NCBI GenBank assembly: GCA_002359055.1
Contig: DEQC01000030.1
Location: forward strand, 919 to 64,918
Reading direction: 5' to 3'
Source of the DNA: Flavobacteriales bacterium UBA3376
GTDB lineage: Bacteria; Bacteroidota; Bacteroidia; Flavobacteriales; Weeksellaceae
DNA: 64,000 nt
Shown: positions 18,080 to 28,469 of the stretch, in pieces
Layout: every line of letters begins with the position of its first letter
Numbering within the stretch: the first letter of the stretch is position 1
Translations under genes and position numbers: made by a program
The notes under the pieces: model-generated
Seen by the model: only the letters and a program-made list of their open reading frames with translations
What the model was told of the DNA's origin: nothing
Databases searched by the model: none

Positions 18080-19108
18080 TCATTCAGGTAATTTAAATTG
18101 TCCAACCACTGGATAGTGACCCGATAGTTTTACATCTCTCAAAACCTTGTAATCGATGGGCAATATTTCTTCTGAATGAAATATATAATCCAATCTCAAA
18201 GGAAATTTAAAATCGTGAAAACTCGTTCCAGAAGAACGGCCGATTTGATAATAAGCATCGTTTAGCAGATAGGAAATTTGTTGGTATTCATAAGAGTTCG
18301 GAACTGAATTTAAATCGCCTGCCAAAATCACTGGATGTTTAGAATTCAAAATATAAGGAACCAATTTTTTAATTTGTAATTCATGCGTTAAAAATCCCCT
18401 GGTCAACTTATTCTTAAGAATTTTAGAATTGTTTTTAGCATTTTCTATGCTTTCCATACTTTCTTTGACCAATTTCTTTTCGATAAACATACTTTCCAAA
18501 TAAACATTGATAATCCTGATGGTATCATGTCCGATGTCGATATCAGCATATGCAGCTGTTCCTACATTTCCATTGCCTTCACTGAGAATTCTTTGAAATT
18601 CAACGATTGGATATTTACTAAAAACTTGAATCAATCCATGTTTTTCATGAAAATATTCGCCTAAAATCGAATCCTTTAAATCCCTATGCAAATCATCTCT
18701 CCAATAAGCTTCTTGCAATAAAATTAAATCAGCATTTTCTTTTTTGAAAAAATCCACAAAACCATCTTTTCTAAAGTATTCTGCATTGAAACTGATCACT
18801 TTGAAATCGGCTTCTGTCTGCATTTTTTGACCGAAAAATTGATACGTTTTTGCCAAAGGAGGAAATAGTCCAATGGTGAGTAAAGCAAAGATAATTGCAT
18901 AGAAAATTCGTCTTGAAAGCAGAATTAATACCAAAATAACATTGAACAATACGATGAATGGATAAAATATAGGAATGAATCCAAAATAAGGAAAGGTCGA
19001 TGGCGCGATGTGTGGTGCTAAGTAAATACTATATGAAACAATAATAACCGTCAGATGCGATATAAAAAACACCGGATCAGCACCCTTTAATTGGAAGATT
19101 TTTTTCAT
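18080..19108 (-). CDS. Membrane-anchored endonuclease/exonuclease/phosphatase (EEP) family protein
   Basis: 3 N-terminal TM helices; SFN, LQE, GDLNS, LDYIF, S-G-H-Y-P. Confidence 0.88.
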   Translation of the reverse strand: MKKIFQLKGADPVFFISHLTVIIVSYSIYLAPHIAPSTFPYFGFIPIFYPFIVLFNVILVLILLSRRIFYAIIFALLTIGLFPPLAKTYQFFGQKMQTEADFKVISFNAEYFRKDGFVDFFKKENADLILLQEAYWRDDLHRDLKDSILGEYFHEKHGLIQVFSKYPIVEFQRILSEGNGNVGTAAYADIDIGHDTIRIINVYLESMFIEKKLVKESMESIENAKNNSKILKNKLTRGFLTHELQIKKLVPYILNSKHPVILAGDLNSVPNSYEYQQISYLLNDAYYQIGRSSGTSFHDFKFPLRLDYIFHSEEILPIDYKVLRDVKLSGHYPVVGQFKLPE

Positions 19109-19974
19109 TCTTTCCCTGCTTTGAATAAAAAGTCTTTTTCTTCTTTGGTTAAACTCTCATAACCAGAACGCGAGATTTTATCTAAAATTTCATCCACTTT
19201 CTTTTGTTTCGCATTTCTCATCGCATTGAACTCATAATCATCTCTCGGTGGAGTTTTTCGTCTTTCTTGATAAGTGTTTTTCGGTTTTCTAATCGGTTTG
19301 GATCGATAAAATATAGAGCGGATGATTTGACCCAAAAAGTCGTTTCCTTTTTCGAATTGTTTCATATAAAAATATCCAAAAGCAGCTCCACCCAAATGTG
19401 AAATATGTCCACCGACATTGTTGTCCGATAAAATCATCAGTACATCAAATGCCAACAATCCATAACCAATATGAATGAATTTTATGTCAAAGTTCAATAA
19501 AAACAATCGAATTTTTGTGTGCGGCAAATAAGTCATCATTGCAAAGAAAATCGAATAAACCGCTGCTGATGCTCCCAAAAGACTGTTTCCATAGTTGAAA
19601 ACATAAGAAAATCCCATGAAAGCTATGGCTCCGGATATACTTCCAAAAAGAAAAAATGTAAGGAAATTCTCTTTACGAAAATATCTTAAAAACATATTTC
19701 CAATGAAGTAAATCATCAGCATATTTAACGCCAAATGAAGCAAATCTCCATGAATGAAAGTATAAGTGATGATTCCCCAAGCTTGTCCTAAAAAGCCTTC
19801 CCAAGTTGCCTTAGCGACAAAGTAGTTTTGGATGTTGGGTAGGTTCAATAGTTTAGAAAAGAAGAAATTGAAAATCAGTGAGAATAAAAATATTCCCACA
19901 CAAACGAAAATCAAACGAACATTTATCTCTCCCTGTTTATATTTAAATTTAATTTTTTCTATAAAATCAGTCAT
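19105..19974 (-). CDS. Rhomboid intramembrane serine protease with conserved C-terminal extension
   Basis: H...H...N motif, GASAA catalytic Ser, HLGG; tail VDEILDKISRSGYESLT. Confidence 0.92.
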   Translation of the reverse strand: MTDFIEKIKFKYKQGEINVRLIFVCVGIFLFSLIFNFFFSKLLNLPNIQNYFVAKATWEGFLGQAWGIITYTFIHGDLLHLALNMLMIYFIGNMFLRYFRKENFLTFFLFGSISGAIAFMGFSYVFNYGNSLLGASAAVYSIFFAMMTYLPHTKIRLFLLNFDIKFIHIGYGLLAFDVLMILSDNNVGGHISHLGGAAFGYFYMKQFEKGNDFLGQIIRSIFYRSKPIRKPKNTYQERRKTPPRDDYEFNAMRNAKQKKVDEILDKISRSGYESLTKEEKDFLFKAGKE

Positions 19975-20731
19975 AATAATTTCCTCTATGTAAATTTCTC
20001 TTCCATCTTCTGATCAAAATAAATCCAATAATCGCACCACCTATATGTGCAAAATGCGCCACTGGATTCCATGCGTAATCTTGAATCGCCATGAAAAATT
20101 CGAGTGCAATCAAGGCGGGAATAAAGTATTTAGCTTTTATTGGAATCGGTAAAAATATCAATGCCAATCTCGCATTCGGATACAACATTCCAAAGGCTAC
20201 GAGAATTCCATAAATCGCTCCTGAAGCTCCGACCATTGGAGTGATATAATATCGTGCCAATGTTTTCACTTCTTCTGAAGAATTAGGTAACTCAAAACTA
20301 TAGTTTGGTGAGCCCGACAATTTGAGGGTTTGTAAAAACGAATCCGGCTCAACGCCCATAGCGACTACAGCAGTTTTAAGCTCTTCGATTTGTAAATAAT
20401 TGGTGAAATTAAACAATGCAAATGAACCCAAGCCTGCCACGAAATAAAGAATCAAAAATCGCTTCGATCCAAGTGTATGTTCAACAGTCGATCCAAACAT
20501 CCACAACGCAAACATATTGAATAAAATATGCGAAATATTTGGAAAAGGAGCATGCATAAACATATGGGTGATGATTTGCCAAGGTTTAAAATTGACAGAT
20601 TCAGGATAGAATGCACCCAAAGTATGCGCCAAAGCAATTCCTCTTTCACCAAAAACATAAGAAGCCAAAAAGAATAATCCATTGATGATTAGTAAGTTTT
20701 TGGTAACGTTGGGAATGGATTGTCTAAACAT
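19967..20731 (-). CDS. Rhomboid intramembrane serine protease
   Basis: WQIITHMFMH, HILFNM, GASGA, AHIGG. Confidence 0.94.
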   Translation of the reverse strand: MFRQSIPNVTKNLLIINGLFFLASYVFGERGIALAHTLGAFYPESVNFKPWQIITHMFMHAPFPNISHILFNMFALWMFGSTVEHTLGSKRFLILYFVAGLGSFALFNFTNYLQIEELKTAVVAMGVEPDSFLQTLKLSGSPNYSFELPNSSEEVKTLARYYITPMVGASGAIYGILVAFGMLYPNARLALIFLPIPIKAKYFIPALIALEFFMAIQDYAWNPVAHFAHIGGAIIGFILIRRWKRNLHRGNYYD

Positions 20732-20735
20732 AAAA

Positions 20736-22520
20736 TTAATTTAATTTTTTAAAAATTTCATTTTCTGAAACCTGCACGAAAACAGGTTTTCCGTAAGGCG
20801 AAAAGTTTGGTTCTTTCAGTTGTAACAATTGCTGTGCCAAATACTTCGCTTGTTCAGGTAGCAAAGAAACCCCCTTTTTAATTGCTGTATTTTTGGCGAT
20901 GATTTTTGAGATTTCAACATTGAAATCGATTTGCCCATGCAGGTCGAGTTCTTTCAAAAAATCCGAAAAAATCCCTTCTGTATTTTCAACTTGAACATCG
21001 GTCGGTAACGCATTGACTTGAAAATTATCCTCTTTAAATTCTACATCGAATCCAAAGTTTACCAAGTCGATTTCAATTGACTTCAGTTGACTAATTTCCG
21101 TTGGATTGGATTGAATTTCGACGGGAAACAATAGTTTTTGACTGAGTGCATTGCCCCTACTCTGTTTTTTGAGTTTATGAAACAAAACCAATTGATGTGC
21201 ACGGTTTTGGTCGATGATCAAAAGTTCTCCCTTGAATTCTGTGATCAAGTATTTGTTTTGCCATTGAATCACTTTCACATCCAAAACTTCAGATGTTTCA
21301 TCTGTTGAAATTGTAGTCTGAGTGGGTTGTTCAACTTCAAATTCTCTGATGGATTTATACAGATTTTCTACAGGTTTGATAGAATGCGGTTGAGGCTTAA
21401 CATCAAATGGGTTGAAGTTTCTATCGACCTGAATTTCAGGAGTTTTAATCGGATGATTTGCTTGTCGTGTGGGCGCCAAAGAATACTCTGGATCCAAATC
21501 GAAATCGATGGATGGTGCAATGTTGAATTGACCTAATGAATGTTTTACCGCTGATCTCAACATAGCAAAAATCGCATATTCATCTTCAAATTTAATTTCA
21601 GTTTTTGTCGGATGAATATTGATATCGATTTTACTGGGATCGATTTCCAAATACAAAAAATAACTCGGAATGTATTGATTGGGCAACAAATCTTCAAAAG
21701 CTTCCATGATGGCTTTGTGAAGGTATGGACTTCGTATAAATCTTTGGTTGACAAAGAAATATTGTTCACCTCTTTGTTTTTTTGCACTTTCAGGTTTTCC
21801 TACAAATCCAGAAATTTTCACCAATTCTGTGTCTTCTGAAATCGGCACCAATTGGGTTTCAATTTTCCTTCCAAAAACCTGAATGATTCTTTGTTTTAAA
21901 TTGCCGGCTTTCAGCACATAAACTTCGGCATCATTGTGTATCATTCGGAAGTTGATTTGCTCATGAGCAAGTGCAACTCTTAACAATTCTTCTTGTATAT
22001 GCTTGAGTTCAACTTGATTGGATTTAAGGAAATTTCTTCTGGCAGGTACATTGTAAAACAAATTTTTGACTGCAATCGAAGTACCTATTGTACTTGCTGC
22101 AGGCATTTGGTCTCTTACGGCTCCACCTTCGATGATGAGTCGATTGCCTAAATCTTCATCTTTTTTTCTACTGAGCGCATCGACTTGAGCAACTGCAGCA
22201 ATGGATGGTAATGCTTCTCCTCTAAAACCTTTGGTTTGAATGTTAAAAATATCGGCAGTGGTTTGAATCTTTGATGTGGCGTGTCTTTCGAAAGCCATTC
22301 GCAAATCAGTAATGCTCATCCCTTTGCCATTATCGACCACTTGGATCAAGGTCCTACCTGCATCTTTTACGATTAAGTCTATTTCTGTTGCTCCCGCATC
22401 TACCGCGTTTTCAATCAATTCTTTTACCACAGAAGCCGGTCTTTGTACCACTTCGCCAGCAGCGATTTGGTTGGCCACATGATCGGGCAAAAGTTGTATT
22501 ACATCACTCGTAGAAATCAT
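20736..22520 (-). CDS. mutL: DNA mismatch repair endonuclease MutL
   Basis: NQIAAGEVVQRPASVVKELIENA, HATSK, GFRGEAL, NIHPTKTE, DQNRAHQ. Confidence 0.98.
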   Translation of the reverse strand: MISTSDVIQLLPDHVANQIAAGEVVQRPASVVKELIENAVDAGATEIDLIVKDAGRTLIQVVDNGKGMSITDLRMAFERHATSKIQTTADIFNIQTKGFRGEALPSIAAVAQVDALSRKKDEDLGNRLIIEGGAVRDQMPAASTIGTSIAVKNLFYNVPARRNFLKSNQVELKHIQEELLRVALAHEQINFRMIHNDAEVYVLKAGNLKQRIIQVFGRKIETQLVPISEDTELVKISGFVGKPESAKKQRGEQYFFVNQRFIRSPYLHKAIMEAFEDLLPNQYIPSYFLYLEIDPSKIDINIHPTKTEIKFEDEYAIFAMLRSAVKHSLGQFNIAPSIDFDLDPEYSLAPTRQANHPIKTPEIQVDRNFNPFDVKPQPHSIKPVENLYKSIREFEVEQPTQTTISTDETSEVLDVKVIQWQNKYLITEFKGELLIIDQNRAHQLVLFHKLKKQSRGNALSQKLLFPVEIQSNPTEISQLKSIEIDLVNFGFDVEFKEDNFQVNALPTDVQVENTEGIFSDFLKELDLHGQIDFNVEISKIIAKNTAIKKGVSLLPEQAKYLAQQLLQLKEPNFSPYGKPVFVQVSENEIFKKLN

Positions 22521-22651
22521 AGCCTACAAAGTTACGAATCCAATTTCGAAATTTAAAATAGGGTTTGCTTTAGTTCGTTTCAATAAACTATTATTCGATT
22601 GAAAATCAATGAAATTTTCAATGTGTAAAGTTTATAATGGGTGAATTAAGA

Positions 22652-23140
22652 TTATAATTTGTTTTTTAAATCAGCCATCATCACTGCAGCAACTGCAGCT
22701 TCTATTCCTTTGTTTCCATGCTTTCCACCTGACCTGTCCAAGGATTGCTGCTCATTGTCATCGGTCAAAACACAAAAGATAACAGGAATATCCTGGCTTA
22801 GATTTAAATCTTTAATGCCTTGAGTCACTCCTTCACATACATAATCGAAATGCGAAGTTTCACCGCGAATCACACTTCCTATTGCAATGATCGCATTGAA
22901 TTCACCTTTTTTGCAAAGCTGAGAAGAGCCGTAAATCAATTCAAAACTTCCTGGCACTTCGTAACTCAAAATATTTTCCTTCTTAGCTCCTAAGTCAATT
23001 AAAGTATCAATAGCGCCTTTTTGTAGGTTGTGAGTGATGTGATCATTCCATTGTGAAACAACAATGCCGAAACGATAAGCTTCGGCATTGGGTAAATTAT
23101 TTTTATCGTATGCTGATAAATTTTTATTTTCAGTTGCCAC
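22652..23140 (-). CDS. ribH: 6,7-dimethyl-8-ribityllumazine synthase
   Basis: IVVSQWN, VPGSFEL, GSVIRGETSHFDYV, GNKGIEAA. Confidence 0.98.
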   Translation of the reverse strand: MATENKNLSAYDKNNLPNAEAYRFGIVVSQWNDHITHNLQKGAIDTLIDLGAKKENILSYEVPGSFELIYGSSQLCKKGEFNAIIAIGSVIRGETSHFDYVCEGVTQGIKDLNLSQDIPVIFCVLTDDNEQQSLDRSGGKHGNKGIEAAVAAVMMADLKNKL

Positions 23141-23831
23141 TTGTAACGTATTTTAATTTTTCAATGTATTTGTTGACTTCATCATTTACATTTGGATATT
23201 TGTCAGCCAATGCTTGGAAGTAAGTCAATGCTTTTTCATTTTCACCTAAATACATCGCCAATTTTCCAGCTTTTGTATAATAAAGGTTTTGAATCATTTC
23301 ATTGTTGGTTCTTTCAGCTGCTTTCACATAATAAGACAGAGCTTCTTTTTCTTTTCCAGATTCAACCAAAGCATTTCCAATCATACCATTTTTTTGTGCA
23401 TCTAAAATTTCATCTTTGGTTTTGAATTTTTCAAAAGAAGAAACAGCTGAAGCGTAATCACCTAATAGATAATAAGCTTTTCCGGCTTTATAAAGCGCTT
23501 GATTGGCAGTTGCAGTTCCACTGTATTTATCGATGATTTGTTCATAACCTTGGAAACTTCCTGGGCTTCCTTTCAATGCCAAAACAATTGAATCTTGTTG
23601 GAAATATTCGTCTGCCTGAATCATTTCGATCATCGCTTTCTCTGATTTAGGTTCAATTACAGTTTTTAAATAAACGAAATATCCAATTGCCAGCAATGCT
23701 AAACCAGCAAATACTCCTACAATTACTTTTGAATACTTTTCGAAAAAGTTTTCCGCTTTGTACGCCGTTTCGTTTAAACTATCTATTACTTTTTCAGTAG
23801 TATATACTTGTTTCTTTTTGCTTTTCGCCAT
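23130..23831 (-). CDS. Membrane-anchored TPR protein (YfgM-like)
   Basis: Single N-terminal TM helix followed by helical TPR-like repeats; overlaps the ribH start. Confidence 0.8.
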   Translation of the reverse strand: MAKSKKKQVYTTEKVIDSLNETAYKAENFFEKYSKVIVGVFAGLALLAIGYFVYLKTVIEPKSEKAMIEMIQADEYFQQDSIVLALKGSPGSFQGYEQIIDKYSGTATANQALYKAGKAYYLLGDYASAVSSFEKFKTKDEILDAQKNGMIGNALVESGKEKEALSYYVKAAERTNNEMIQNLYYTKAGKLAMYLGENEKALTYFQALADKYPNVNDEVNKYIEKLKYVTSGN

Positions 23832-23955
23832 TTTGATTGAATTTCAAGTCTGCAAAAATATAAAATTAGTCCATTCTGTACAAGTTTTGTGAGAATTTCA
23901 TAAAGACTGTTTATTTTTTATTAAATATTCATTTGCTTTCAAAGCAATTTGATAG

Positions 23956-24357
23956 TCAAATATTTATTTTCAAATATTCATACTTTATCTGGAAGCATGC
24001 CTTTCCAAGTTAAAAGTGGAAGAGTGGAAAAATGAAACAGCAGTTTATTACTGGTTTGGTGACTCTGTTTTTGGTTTAAATGAAGTTATGTTAAAGCTGA
24101 TAACTCCACTTCTTAAATCACCAATATTTATAACTTTTTTTACATGGGGAGTCATTGCTCTTGAGCTTATGTTGGCATTGTCTATTTTTGGAGTAAAGAA
24201 TAAAAAACTTAGTTTTACATTTGTGATTATAGGTGTTTTGCTACATCTGTCATTCGCTATTTGTTTTGGATTAATCAGCTTTTTCTTGGCCATGTCGGGA
24301 GCACTTATTTTATATCTTTTAGCAATTAATTATAATTTTAAATTAAAGTTTATATGA
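23956..24357 (+). pseudogene. 5'-truncated HTTM/SdpB-family membrane protein fragment
   Basis: Reading back in frame from 24016 gives YFQIFILYLEACLSKLKVEEWKNETAVYYWF, matching the SdpB pattern Q..I.Y..A...K....W.NGTA.YYW; also TWGVIALE and LH..FA...GL.SFF; in-frame TAG at 23953-23955; N-terminal half missing. Confidence 0.7.
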
Positions 24358-24854
24358 AGACAATGTGTTTTAAATCCAATATGGATGTTAAGGTTAGAGT
24401 TTTAACTTATACTATTTGTATGATATTGGTTTTGGTGTCAATTTCCTTATTTGTCTTGTTTTTGAGATCAGAAGGTGATATTTATACAAGATTTTCATTT
24501 TTGCTCATCGCTTTTTTATTGACAGGAACTGCCTTTTACTTTTATATTCAGAGAGTTCGTGAGATAGTGTATATAGCTGATGATAAATTAATTCTCAAAA
24601 AATCTTTCTCATCTGTCACCATTCCAGTTGGAGAGATTACTTCCATTAGAAAGGTTAATTATAACTCAATTCCTATGACATTTGGAAGTAAAGGGTTTTT
24701 TGGGTTTATTGGTTCTACAATGGATGATTACGTCTCAAATGTTTCCAATACTTCTGAAATGTTGGCGATAGAGACGAAGAGTAAGAAGTACTTGTTAAGT
24801 TGTCAAAGTAGCACTGAATTAGTGTCGATTATGAATAATGAAACCAAAACATAA
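24354..24854 (+). CDS. Two-TM membrane protein with bacterial PH-like domain
   Basis: Two hydrophobic helices, then IP..EI.SI, FGSKGFFGFIG, KYLLS; ATGA overlap with the upstream fragment. Confidence 0.7.
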   Translation: MKTMCFKSNMDVKVRVLTYTICMILVLVSISLFVLFLRSEGDIYTRFSFLLIAFLLTGTAFYFYIQRVREIVYIADDKLILKKSFSSVTIPVGEITSIRKVNYNSIPMTFGSKGFFGFIGSTMDDYVSNVSNTSEMLAIETKSKKYLLSCQSSTELVSIMNNETKT

Positions 24855-24862
24855 TAAAATAA

Positions 24863-24896
24863 TAAACAGTACAAATACGAATATCTGTACTGTTTA
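24863..24896. terminator. Probable terminator hairpin between convergent genes
   Basis: TAAACAGTACA / TGTACTGTTTA 11-bp inverted repeat. Confidence 0.7.
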
Positions 24897-24950
24897 AAAC
24901 AAAGTATTATTTGGTGTAATTTTCAGAACATTACATGTGTAAAATCTCAA

Positions 24951-26990
24951 TTATTGAAATTCAGCTTCATTTACTTTTTCGTTCAACTTTACATCGGTTA
25001 AGTCAAACACCATTTGTTGTCCGATATCCATCACCATTTTTGCTGGGATTTTTATGCCTTCAAATTCTTTATAGTTTTCAAAGGTGATAATTTGCACCAT
25101 TTGTTGACCGCCTGCGTCAATCTCAACAGTGTTTCCTAACTTTAAACCTGAATCAACACTATAAAAAGTTTTGCTCATGCCATTGTCGAGAACATAAGCA
25201 TCTTCTCCATTGAAATTTTCAATACCTGTGATAGTAATTCCAGAGTTTTCATTCAGATATAATTCTGGGAACGGATAAGAATTTTGTTTGTAAGTTTTAA
25301 TTTCATCTTCATCCATTTCAGATTTCATGCCTTGAATGGAATTGTATCCAGTTTCTCCATTGAATACAGATTTTTGGAGTTCCATTCCCATAGCAGAAAT
25401 CACAGTCAATGATTTGCCTTCAGTAGTCGATATGCTCTTCATGTTTACTTTCATTCCTTGCATTTCAGCTTCATAGTTGGCGATGAGCGTTTTAACGGTT
25501 TTTGTGTTTTCACCACCGATGGCTTCTATGTATTTGTCCATGATAGATTTTACGGTAACATTTGCATCGATTGTTTTCTGTTGTGGTTTTTCAGTTGGAT
25601 TTCCAAAACGGTCGAAATAATTGATGGTGTAACCCAATCTTTCCAGTCCAGGAATCACATCGCTCCCCTTACCTACTACTAAAATTCTTGCATTGTCATA
25701 ACTAAAGTATTTTTGAGCAGCTTTTTGAACTTGTTCAGCAGTTACTGCATTGATATTTCTGATATAATTTTCATAAAAATTATCAGGTAAATTTTGGGTT
25801 TGTACCAACAAAGCTTGTCTTGCAATGAATTCTGGTTTTTCTGCATCCATCACAAAGTTCCCAATCAAACTCGCTTTTACAGCATTTAGAGTATTGGCAT
25901 CTACTTTATCCTCACGGATTCTTTTCAATTCTTTCATTGCTTCAAATACCGCACTATCGGTAACTTCGTTTCTTACTGAACTTGAAGCTTTGAATTTGTC
26001 CACGTATTTATTTCCTCTTAACCTTGAAAAAGCACCATAAGTCCAACCGTGAGCTTCTCTTAAATTCATGTTCAAATAACTGTTGAAATCACCACCAAAA
26101 ATTTGGTTAGCGATTAAGGCAGGATAATAATCCTCATCGGTCATTTTTAAGTCAACTATGCTCAAAATGGCAATTTCTGATTGAACCGCATTGGGCATAT
26201 CGACAAAATTAATTTCTGTTTTCGCTACATTTTTAGGTTCATTATATTTAGAAATAGGAAGGTTTCCTTTTTTCCATGATTTGAATTCTTTTTCGACCAA
26301 TTTCTTTACTTCGTTGAATTTCACATCACCTAAAATGATGAGATAGGCGTTGTTTGGTACAAAATATTTGTTATAATGATCTTTTATATCATCTAAAGTC
26401 AAAGCTTTCAATTTCTCTTCGGTTGTAAATTCACCATTGGGATGATTTGCACCAAATACCAATACGTTTTCCACTCTTTGAGCATTGGCTTGAACACTTC
26501 TTTCTTCAGCTTTTAATCCATCGATAAATCTTGCTTTATCAGTTTCAAAGTCATCTTGAGTAAATTTAGGATTGATAAACCCTTGTGCCATTAATTCCAA
26601 AGTTCTTGAGAAGTATTTCGACAAAGAATTTGCGAAAGCACCTGATGAATGGAAATTAATTCTCGCACCCATAAAGTCGATTTCTTCTTGGAAATCTTCC
26701 TTAGAGATTTTATCGGTTCCGTTACCAATCAAAGATCCTGTCAAATCGTGAATTCCTTTTTTATCACCTTCTGTAAACGGAGGATTGTCAAGGCTCAAAG
26801 TCATGGTCACTTGAGGTAATTTGTGATTTTCAACCACCATTACTTTCAAACCATTTTTGAGTTCAAATGTCTGAGGTTTTCCAAGATTTACTTTAGGTGA
26901 AGGTCCTGGTTTAGGCTGAGATCTATCGACTTGCCCAAAAGCGCCACTTGCTAATAACACCATAATCAGGCTATATATAATATTTTTCAT
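24951..26990 (-). CDS. M16 peptidase non-catalytic subunit with an extra C-terminal domain
   Basis: LKNGLKV, no HxxEH, NLREAHGWTYG motif; about 210-aa C-terminal extension. Confidence 0.88.
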   Translation of the reverse strand: MKNIIYSLIMVLLASGAFGQVDRSQPKPGPSPKVNLGKPQTFELKNGLKVMVVENHKLPQVTMTLSLDNPPFTEGDKKGIHDLTGSLIGNGTDKISKEDFQEEIDFMGARINFHSSGAFANSLSKYFSRTLELMAQGFINPKFTQDDFETDKARFIDGLKAEERSVQANAQRVENVLVFGANHPNGEFTTEEKLKALTLDDIKDHYNKYFVPNNAYLIILGDVKFNEVKKLVEKEFKSWKKGNLPISKYNEPKNVAKTEINFVDMPNAVQSEIAILSIVDLKMTDEDYYPALIANQIFGGDFNSYLNMNLREAHGWTYGAFSRLRGNKYVDKFKASSSVRNEVTDSAVFEAMKELKRIREDKVDANTLNAVKASLIGNFVMDAEKPEFIARQALLVQTQNLPDNFYENYIRNINAVTAEQVQKAAQKYFSYDNARILVVGKGSDVIPGLERLGYTINYFDRFGNPTEKPQQKTIDANVTVKSIMDKYIEAIGGENTKTVKTLIANYEAEMQGMKVNMKSISTTEGKSLTVISAMGMELQKSVFNGETGYNSIQGMKSEMDEDEIKTYKQNSYPFPELYLNENSGITITGIENFNGEDAYVLDNGMSKTFYSVDSGLKLGNTVEIDAGGQQMVQIITFENYKEFEGIKIPAKMVMDIGQQMVFDLTDVKLNEKVNEAEFQ

Positions 26991-27016
26991 TCTTATTAAT
27001 TTGTAGATTTTGATAA

Positions 27017-28333
27017 TTAATTTTCTGGACCATATTCTAATACTAGTCTCTGATTGTCATTCAAATACTTATTAGCAGCTTCTCTGATTTCTTCTCTGCT
27101 GATCGAACGATAAATGTCCATTTCAGTGTTGATAAGATTTACGTCTTTGTAGAGTAAATAATAAGTTGCTAAGTTGTGAGCTACACCTTCTACATTTGAA
27201 TTGGAGCTAACATATCTGTTTTCTAATTTATTGATGATGGTTTGATATTCTCTTTCAGAAATCAAATCGGTTTGTAATTTTTTGATTTCATCTGAGAAAA
27301 CATCGATGATTTCATCCATAGTTGTTTCTCCAATTGGAAGAGCATAAGTGAAGTAGGTTCCATAATCTTCTTGACTGAAGTTAAATGAACCTAATTCCAA
27401 AGCTTTTTTCTCAACATCTACCAATCTTTTGTACAATCTCGAACTCTTACCATCGCTCAAAACCATAGAGATCATATCTAAAATCCTGGCATCTCTCGAT
27501 TTCATCGAAGGTGTTCTGTAGGCCGTCAAATACATTGGAATTTGAACATTTGGATCTTTCCAAGTTGCTCTGATTTCTTCTGTAATTGGTTCTTCCACAT
27601 ATTCTTTTTTAGGAATTAATTTTCCTTTTTTTATGGGTCCGAAATATTCTTCAATCCATTGTTTGGCTTGTTTTTTATCGAAATCTCCAGCTACGACTAA
27701 AACAGCGTTATTTGGAATATAAAATTTCTCATAAAAATCTAAAAATTCATCCAAAGTTGCAGCGTCCAAGTGCTCCATCTCACCTATAGTTGTCCATCGG
27801 TATGGATGATTTTTAAAGATATTTTCTTTTACAGCTTTTAGAATATTTCCATAGGGCTGATTGTCGACTCTAAGCCTTTTTTCTTCTTTTACAACCTCAT
27901 TTTGAGTATCGACTCCAATTTGATTGATCACTGGATGAAGAAGTCTTTCAGATTCCATCCATAAACCTAATTGTAAATTGTTGGATGGGAAAACTTCATA
28001 ATAATAAGTTCTATCGTCGCTGGTGTTGGCATTGTTTCTTCCACCGTTTGATGAAACTATTTTAAACCACTCACCTCTTCCGATGTTTTCAGTTCCTTCG
28101 AACAATAGATGTTCAAAAAAGTGAGCAAATCCTGTTCTGTCAGGTTGTTCGTCTTTTGCGCCTACGTGATACATTACCGAAGTAATTACTACAGGTGCTG
28201 AATGGTCTTGATGCAAGATGACATGAAGACCATTGGATAGGTCGTATTCTTCAAATTCGATTTGTTGAGCAAAGGATTGAATGCCCATTCCCAAAGTGCC
28301 CATTAATGCGAACATAAGTCCAATTTTTTTCAT
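27017..28333 (-). CDS. M16 zinc peptidase catalytic subunit
   Basis: GFAHFFEHLLF (HxxEH), NANT, VVKEE. Confidence 0.95.
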   Translation of the reverse strand: MKKIGLMFALMGTLGMGIQSFAQQIEFEEYDLSNGLHVILHQDHSAPVVITSVMYHVGAKDEQPDRTGFAHFFEHLLFEGTENIGRGEWFKIVSSNGGRNNANTSDDRTYYYEVFPSNNLQLGLWMESERLLHPVINQIGVDTQNEVVKEEKRLRVDNQPYGNILKAVKENIFKNHPYRWTTIGEMEHLDAATLDEFLDFYEKFYIPNNAVLVVAGDFDKKQAKQWIEEYFGPIKKGKLIPKKEYVEEPITEEIRATWKDPNVQIPMYLTAYRTPSMKSRDARILDMISMVLSDGKSSRLYKRLVDVEKKALELGSFNFSQEDYGTYFTYALPIGETTMDEIIDVFSDEIKKLQTDLISEREYQTIINKLENRYVSSNSNVEGVAHNLATYYLLYKDVNLINTEMDIYRSISREEIREAANKYLNDNQRLVLEYGPEN

Positions 28334-28469
28334 ATTTAATTTGATTGTTACTATACTATATGTTTGTTAAAATTCGCTTTTGTTACAAATGAACAAAAAA
28401 AGCTGAGTTATTTCTGTTAAAATACAAGTTTATCCGATTAAATTCTCGATTTAAATCTATTTTATCAAT

